From Clostridiales bacterium (GTDB lineage: Bacteria; Bacillota; Clostridia; Christensenellales; Borkfalkiaceae), in contig SVIE01000001.1 in the NCBI GenBank assembly GCA_015069625.1, positions 1,208 through 65,207 of the forward strand: a DNA stretch of 64,000 bases, read 5' to 3'. Every line of letters starts with the position of its first letter. Position 1 is the stretch's first letter. This document shows, piece after piece, positions 58,695 to 64,000 of this stretch. The notes below the pieces were generated by a model, which was not told the origin of the DNA, did no database searches, and worked only from the letters and a program-made list of their open reading frames with translations. Position numbers and translations under genes: made by a program.

Positions 58695-58802
58695 TATTAT
58701 AACTATACGTGTTTTCTGTGAAAAATGCATATATTATTTATAATATATGAGCAGGAGAACGGATAGATGATGAAAAAGGAAAACAGATAAGGAGAAAAGT
58801 AA

Positions 58803-61800
58803 ATGTCTAGAAACGTTAAAAAATTGACGATTATTTTACTTTCATTTGTTCTTTCTGCGTTATTGTTCGTTACGGGGGCGATGTTTATTGTGTCAACTTC
58901 CGCATCAACTGGCAATATGCAAGAATATAAAGAAGGCAAAGTAAAATTTGAAGACAGACTTTGGGACGAATCTAACTATCAGGTTGGTTCAAGCAACGTT
59001 ATTGCAGTTAGAGATAACGCAACGTTTACTGCAAAAATTCAGTCAACGGGCTCATCACTTACTGCAAACGATTATTTGACTTTTAAGCCAAGTAATGCGA
59101 AAATTTGGGAAGCGTATTTTATTGACGGTGCAACTTTTAATGATCAAGTTGCAAAAGTGTTCGTTTACGTTGGTATCCCAACAGGCGCATCTGCAACTAA
59201 CAAAGTGCCCGCAGTAGTTTGCGTTCACGGTGGTGGCGGAACGGCTTATAGTGCTTGGGTATCATATTGGGTTAGTAGGGGCTACGCTGCAATCGCAATG
59301 GATACGGAAGGTTGTATTCCTAAAGAGACCGCAAGTGGTATCGGTCAATTAGATACGGACGGTACGACTGCAACGCATCCATATCATCACGGACCTGAAA
59401 ACCAAGCGTTTAACGACGTTCAAAGAAACAACGCCATTGAAAACCATTGGTTCTATCAGGCAGTTTCTTCGGTTATTGCAAGTAGAACGTTTATCGGAAC
59501 GTTTGCAGAAGTTGACGATAGTAGAATTGCAATCACAGGTATTTCTTACGGTTCATATTTAACGAGTATGACTTGCGCATACGACTATAGATATGCTTGC
59601 GCAGTTCCTGTTTACGGCTCACTTGATCAAGCAGGGACGGAAACCTATTTCGGTAACAACATCAGAAGAAATCCATGGACGATTGAACTTTGGGATGACG
59701 GGGACGTTTTGGCAGATTGCCCAGTTCCGTTCTATTACCTTATGGGCAACATGGATAACCACTTCTCTGTAACGTCAACCACAAGCGTTGCTAAAAAGCA
59801 AGGCAAAAAAGCAAGAATGCATATCGTTAACAATTTCTTGCACGGACACTCTCCAGGTGCAGTAAATATGGACTGCGGAGCAGGACAACAGGCAGGGGAC
59901 GTTACTGCGTATATTGATTCCGTTTGTTTAACAAACCCTGATTATATTCAAATTACGCAACACCCTACAAGACAGGATCCACATATTAAATATGAATTAC
60001 CTAGTGGAGTTTCAATAAAGAAAATTACTCTTTGGTATACGACGAATTTATATCTTATCAACAACCAATCTAATATTGATTCTGCGATATATTTGGATTA
60101 CACCAGTCAAAATTTAACTTCTTGGCAATACGTTGATATTTCACTTTACGTTGAAGGTAACACTATCAACATTCCTGTTCAAGCAGGTTCAAAGCATTTT
60201 TACGTAAATATTGAAGATAACTACGGCCGTGGAATTTCTTCACACGTTGTTGCAGTTAACGGCGAAGGTCCTTCATATTTTGAAAAACTTATTAAGTGTG
60301 ATCAAAGCACGAATCAAGGACTCGATACTTATTTAGATGAAAGTGCATGGTGGAACGATAATAACGGTTGGAACAATATGCCGTTAGACGGTAACTACTA
60401 TTACGTTAAAGAATATAACGGAGCTTACCCTGAAATTCTTGGAACGAGTAGCGCAACTAACTACGGTGTAAATTCGCTTGGCTATAAAGGTGGAACAAGT
60501 CAAATTACGTTAAGTGCAGGCGCACGTATTACAAACTTCACCGAATTCCCAGTTCATAAGCCTATTGAATTCTATTATAACTTTAGGGCAGAACCTTTCA
60601 CCGGTCAAGGTTGGTACACGTTCAATATTTTTGATACTATTGAAGATACGTTTACCGCCCAGAACTTATGGCATCCTGCATATAGCGGAGCTAAGTTCGT
60701 TATGATGGGTGCTAACTACGACCAAGACCCAAATATTGATATTTACTACAATCTCCGTGCTCACGATGGCGGTCAGAGTGGAAATAATAATGCAACCACC
60801 GAGCTGGTGTCACCAAGTAGTGTTACCTCTTCAAATTGGAATACTTTCTGGTACAAGGTAAGAATTGAAATCGGCGATACGGAAACTAAAGTTTACATTA
60901 ACGATACGCTTTCACAAACGATGACTAGCGTTACTAGAAGTTCGTTCAGATACGGCATGGCTTACATGGTGCTTGAAGCTCAAAACAGCGCTATGGTGTT
61001 TAACTATAGAACTACAATTGATCCAACTTATATGCTAGGATCAAAGGATGGCAGGGAATTTAGTTACGAACAAGACCAAAACGGTTGGACGACTTATAAA
61101 CAGAATTTATCTAGTCAGTGGTATGATGCTGGAAATAATAATGTTAAAACTTACACGGGTGTAGAACAAAGCAACTATTTTGGTTCTAATTCACACGCGT
61201 ACGTTGGCGGTGTTACGAAATATAATTTCTCAAACACCAGTTACGTTATGAACTACACTAAGTTTGACGTAACTAAACCAATTACTTTCTATTATAACGT
61301 TTCTACAGTTGCAGATCCGACCACTACAAATGGTTCATGGTATAACATAGGTTTATTTGATACGTTTGAACGTGCATTTAAGTCAGGCGTAGATATTTGG
61401 CATACTACTAATAAATCAAAAGTCGTAATGTTTGGATCAACGTCTAATAAGGGTGCAGATGGAACTGATCGTTCTGCAAACTATAACAAACTAGTTCTTT
61501 CACGTGGCGGTTTTGGTGGTCAAAGTACGGGTGCGTTATTTGAAAACTACAACACGAGTAATTGGGACGACCAATGGGTAAAAGTAACTATTAATATCGG
61601 CACGGATAAAACTACGATAACAGTTCAAGGTGCAACCACAACAACGTTATCTGGTAATAATTCGCTTACGCAATCATCATTTACTTACGGTTATGCATAT
61701 CTCGGTTTCTCATGTGAAGGCGTTTGTAGTGTAAACTTTAGACTAGCAGATGAAGAACCTGCGTTGTTTGTAAATAAAACTACGGGTGCTGAATTTAGAG

Positions 61801-63389
61801 ATTCGTTTGATGAAAACGGATTTAGTAAATATATCCAACAAACTACAAGCCAAACGATTGTTGACTATAAAGGTGATACTGCGGTTGGTGTACAATACGG
61901 TCGTGTTTCCGATTCAAATGCTTCAAGTGGAACTTTTGCAGGATACAGCAATATTAAACTTAATAATGCAGGTTGGCTTGTAAACGGAAATGCTTTTGAC
62001 GTAACTAAACCTATTCGCTTAATCTATCAGGCAAAAACGAACAATGAAGTTAACAACTTTTATACGTTCGCATTATTTGAAAGTTTAGCACAGGCTTATA
62101 AGGCTGGTAATGAAAGTTGGAATTCAGCCAACTACGTTATGAACCTTAGAGCAGTTTGTACAGATCAAACACAATGGCAATCTAGTGAACTTCCTTACGG
62201 AAAGATGAGTATCGGCGCAAATCATTATGGCACAACTCATAAATACGTATATACGACGAATTCGGATATTTATCCAGCAGGATATGCAAATGGATGGAAC
62301 GGAGTAAACGGTTTTGTTTACGTAGATATTATTATCGGTACAACGCAAACTGCGGTTGTAGTAAACGGTGTAACACATTACGTACAAACAACACGTTCAG
62401 ATTTCCCATCAGGATATGCATATCTTTCAGTTGCGAACTTTGCAGATGCAACTATTCAAATGAAGGTTGAACAACCTGAAAGTATTCAGATGAATGCATC
62501 ACTTTCACTCAGTAGTGATATCGCAGTAGATTTTGGTGTTGCACTCAATAACAACTACGTTGAACCAAAAGTAGAAGTTGAATTCAGGGGCGAAAAAGTA
62601 ACTCTTGACTTGCACACGTTTAACCATAGGCTTGGTCAATATATCTTTGAATATGCTTGGGTAACACCACAATATCTTAGCGATACAATCACTATGAGGC
62701 TTATGGCTAAAACGGTTGATTCTAACGAGTACAATCAAATTTCAGCACAAACGTTGACGGTTAGAGGATATTGTCAAGGACTTATTGAAAAGTATGCAAC
62801 AACAAATACTGAACTTACAACGCTTGTTGTAGATTTCCTTAACTATGGTGCGGTTTGTCAACAATTTGTAAATAATGACGTTGAAAATCTTGCAAACAAG
62901 AATATTGATGCATATCAAGGGTATGCTTCCGATTATGCATCACTTACCGCACCTACAGACGTTTATGAAAGTAATTACACTTCTACCGACGTAGGATTTA
63001 GCGGAGCATATTTAGAACTTGGCTATGATGCAACGATGGCGTTTAAGGTTGCAGTTAAGAATACTGTTGACGTAAGCACACTTCACGTAGACTTCACGCT
63101 TGACGGAGCAATAGCAACTGTTGCAGGTGAAAACTTTAAGTTGACAGGCACTAAGGGTGATTACAACGTTTATACTGTTAAATTAAACGGAATTTCTCCC
63201 ACAAGCTTTGCTAAGACGGTAAGGGCATCAATCAAGAATTCGTCAGATACGGAAATTGCATATTGCAACTACTCAGTAAACACCTTTATTGCTCGTAAGA
63301 TTGCAAGCGGAAGTGCGGTGCCGTATGAAATAGATCTTTGCAAAGCGCTCTATTGTTTGGGTGTTAGTGCGTTAAATTATGTAGGTTAA
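58803..63389 (+). CDS. 1528-aa secreted multidomain protein: alpha/beta-hydrolase (carbohydrate-esterase-like) domain, a beta-sandwich domain, three tandem ~240-aa repeats, and an unassigned C-terminal region
   Basis: Signal peptide LSFVLSALLFVTGAMFIV. Hydrolase motifs VCVHGGGG and nucleophile elbow GISYGS (59538-59555). The repeat signature F(P/D)V(H/T)KPI.(F/L).Y...(W/F)Y(T/N)(F/I).(I/L)F(D/E) recurs near 60534, 61251 and 61983. Confidence 0.8.
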   Translation: MSRNVKKLTIILLSFVLSALLFVTGAMFIVSTSASTGNMQEYKEGKVKFEDRLWDESNYQVGSSNVIAVRDNATFTAKIQSTGSSLTANDYLTFKPSNAKIWEAYFIDGATFNDQVAKVFVYVGIPTGASATNKVPAVVCVHGGGGTAYSAWVSYWVSRGYAAIAMDTEGCIPKETASGIGQLDTDGTTATHPYHHGPENQAFNDVQRNNAIENHWFYQAVSSVIASRTFIGTFAEVDDSRIAITGISYGSYLTSMTCAYDYRYACAVPVYGSLDQAGTETYFGNNIRRNPWTIELWDDGDVLADCPVPFYYLMGNMDNHFSVTSTTSVAKKQGKKARMHIVNNFLHGHSPGAVNMDCGAGQQAGDVTAYIDSVCLTNPDYIQITQHPTRQDPHIKYELPSGVSIKKITLWYTTNLYLINNQSNIDSAIYLDYTSQNLTSWQYVDISLYVEGNTINIPVQAGSKHFYVNIEDNYGRGISSHVVAVNGEGPSYFEKLIKCDQSTNQGLDTYLDESAWWNDNNGWNNMPLDGNYYYVKEYNGAYPEILGTSSATNYGVNSLGYKGGTSQITLSAGARITNFTEFPVHKPIEFYYNFRAEPFTGQGWYTFNIFDTIEDTFTAQNLWHPAYSGAKFVMMGANYDQDPNIDIYYNLRAHDGGQSGNNNATTELVSPSSVTSSNWNTFWYKVRIEIGDTETKVYINDTLSQTMTSVTRSSFRYGMAYMVLEAQNSAMVFNYRTTIDPTYMLGSKDGREFSYEQDQNGWTTYKQNLSSQWYDAGNNNVKTYTGVEQSNYFGSNSHAYVGGVTKYNFSNTSYVMNYTKFDVTKPITFYYNVSTVADPTTTNGSWYNIGLFDTFERAFKSGVDIWHTTNKSKVVMFGSTSNKGADGTDRSANYNKLVLSRGGFGGQSTGALFENYNTSNWDDQWVKVTINIGTDKTTITVQGATTTTLSGNNSLTQSSFTYGYAYLGFSCEGVCSVNFRLADEEPALFVNKTTGAEFRDSFDENGFSKYIQQTTSQTIVDYKGDTAVGVQYGRVSDSNASSGTFAGYSNIKLNNAGWLVNGNAFDVTKPIRLIYQAKTNNEVNNFYTFALFESLAQAYKAGNESWNSANYVMNLRAVCTDQTQWQSSELPYGKMSIGANHYGTTHKYVYTTNSDIYPAGYANGWNGVNGFVYVDIIIGTTQTAVVVNGVTHYVQTTRSDFPSGYAYLSVANFADATIQMKVEQPESIQMNASLSLSSDIAVDFGVALNNNYVEPKVEVEFRGEKVTLDLHTFNHRLGQYIFEYAWVTPQYLSDTITMRLMAKTVDSNEYNQISAQTLTVRGYCQGLIEKYATTNTELTTLVVDFLNYGAVCQQFVNNDVENLANKNIDAYQGYASDYASLTAPTDVYESNYTSTDVGFSGAYLELGYDATMAFKVAVKNTVDVSTLHVDFTLDGAIATVAGENFKLTGTKGDYNVYTVKLNGISPTSFAKTVRASIKNSSDTEIAYCNYSVNTFIARKIASGSAVPYEIDLCKALYCLGVSALNYVG

Positions 63390-63404
63390 AATCGGGTGAT
63401 TAAA

Positions 63405-63539
63405 ATGGAAAAGAAAATTTATGATAATTTAGAATTAGAAATTATTAGTTTTGAAGTAGAAGACGTACTCAAACCTAGTAACATTGTTACAGGTGGGGAT
63501 GATTTTGAATTCCCTGGATTTGACGACCCGCTTTTATAA
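63405..63539 (+). CDS. Small acidic hypothetical protein (44 aa)
   Basis: MEKKIYDNLELEIISFEVEDVLKPSNIVTGGDDFEFPGFDDPLL. It starts 16 nt after the giant ORF and shares its terminator. The RBS is weak (GGGTGA). It is below the ORF-track size cut-off. Confidence 0.35.
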   Translation: MEKKIYDNLELEIISFEVEDVLKPSNIVTGGDDFEFPGFDDPLL

Positions 63540-63555
63540 CCATAATTAAAACAGG

Positions 63556-63591
63556 AAAAACTCCACGAGCAGGCTGTTCGTGGAGTTTTTT
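63556..63591 (+). terminator. Intrinsic terminator
   Basis: CTCCACGA-loop-TCGTGGAG followed by TTTTTT. Confidence 0.85.
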
Positions 63592-63674
63592 GTGCCCTTA
63601 TAACCTTATCATTACGAATAATCCATACAAGACAATAATATTATATAATGATTATAGGTTGGCGGTGAACGGGT

Positions 63675-64000
63675 ATGCTTGTGTTAAAAAAGAGAACGGT
63701 GGTGATTGTTGCAACCCTTTTGGTTACGGCAATAACTTTTATTGCGTGCTTTGGTGCGCTTTACAGCGGTGGAGCGGTTGGCTTAGGCGTTGGGAATAGC
63801 GATATTAGAATAGTGCTTGATGCGGGGCACGGTGGAAAGGACGGTGGCGTTTCGGGGATTAGTTCTGGAATAAAAGAAAGCACGCTTAATCTTGACGTGG
63901 TTAAAAAAATCGAACGGCATTTGGTTGCTTCGGGTTTTTCGGTTACGCTTACAAGAAGTTCAGATGCGGGGCTTTACGGGGTTGCGACAAGTAATCTTAA
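63675..64000 (+). CDS. N-acetylmuramoyl-L-alanine amidase (Amidase_3, CwlD-like); N-terminal part, continues beyond the window
   Basis: Not in the ORF track because it has no stop in the window. The frame from ATG 63675 reads MLVLKKRTVVIVATLLVTAITFIACF (TM helix) ...IRIVLDAGHGGKDGGVSG...KESTLNLDV. Confidence 0.75.
   Translation, partial: MLVLKKRTVVIVATLLVTAITFIACFGALYSGGAVGLGVGNSDIRIVLDAGHGGKDGGVSGISSGIKESTLNLDVVKKIERHLVASGFSVTLTRSSDAGLYGVATSNL

Noticed and set aside
63590-63799. Track ORF (69 aa, Cys/Trp-rich)
   Set aside because: It is the wrong frame. The frame starting at ATG 63675 gives a TM helix followed by the Amidase_3 signature DAGHGGKDGG, and it stays open to the window end.

Overview
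This is a 64-kb segment of a low-GC Bacillota (Clostridia-like) chromosome. That placement rests on Firmicute-type synteny (prs-pth-mfd; rimO-pgsA-cinA-recA-rny) and an Amidase_3 (CwlD-like) gene at the right edge. Positions 1 to ~5.9 kb look horizontally acquired. They hold a large serine recombinase running off the left edge (missed by the ORF track), a tiny ORF, and a ~1.15-kb coding desert packed with a five-copy repeat family and nested hairpins. These are followed by a tightly coupled operon (HTH, C5-methyltransferase, unassigned 332-aa ORF, second C5-methyltransferase) and then decayed gene fragments (AIPR-like). The remaining ~58 kb is mostly housekeeping. In order it contains glnA; a purine operon purE-purF-purM-purN-(PurO-like IMP cyclohydrolase)-(AICARFT-only purH)-purD-purL followed by fhs; a RimK-like ATP-grasp ligase; htpG; a fused MacB-type ABC transporter; and rubrerythrin. 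Next is an XRE repressor with a clear operator over a divergent promoter, which drives a frameshifted lipoprotein gene and an HExxH membrane protein. Then come glyQS/glnS; two lipoproteins; guaB; a CPBP protease; rlmH; an M14 peptidase; tadA; prs-pth-mfd; a PrsA-like lipoprotein; a DEDDh exonuclease-PHP pair; an AEC transporter; and tRNA-Gln(CUG) followed by an inverted relic of its own 3' half. The window ends with a TIGR04076-like gene with a leaderless-type promoter; ftsK-rimO-pgsA-cinA-recA-rny; a 1528-aa secreted esterase/triple-repeat protein with a trailing 44-aa acidic ORF; and the start of an Amidase_3 gene. The best candidates for something new are the M-X-M module with its upstream repeat array, two related intergenic elements after purH and glnS, the tRNA-Gln relic, and the giant repeat protein. 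All family assignments are by-eye motif recognition. No database search, folding or statistics could be run.
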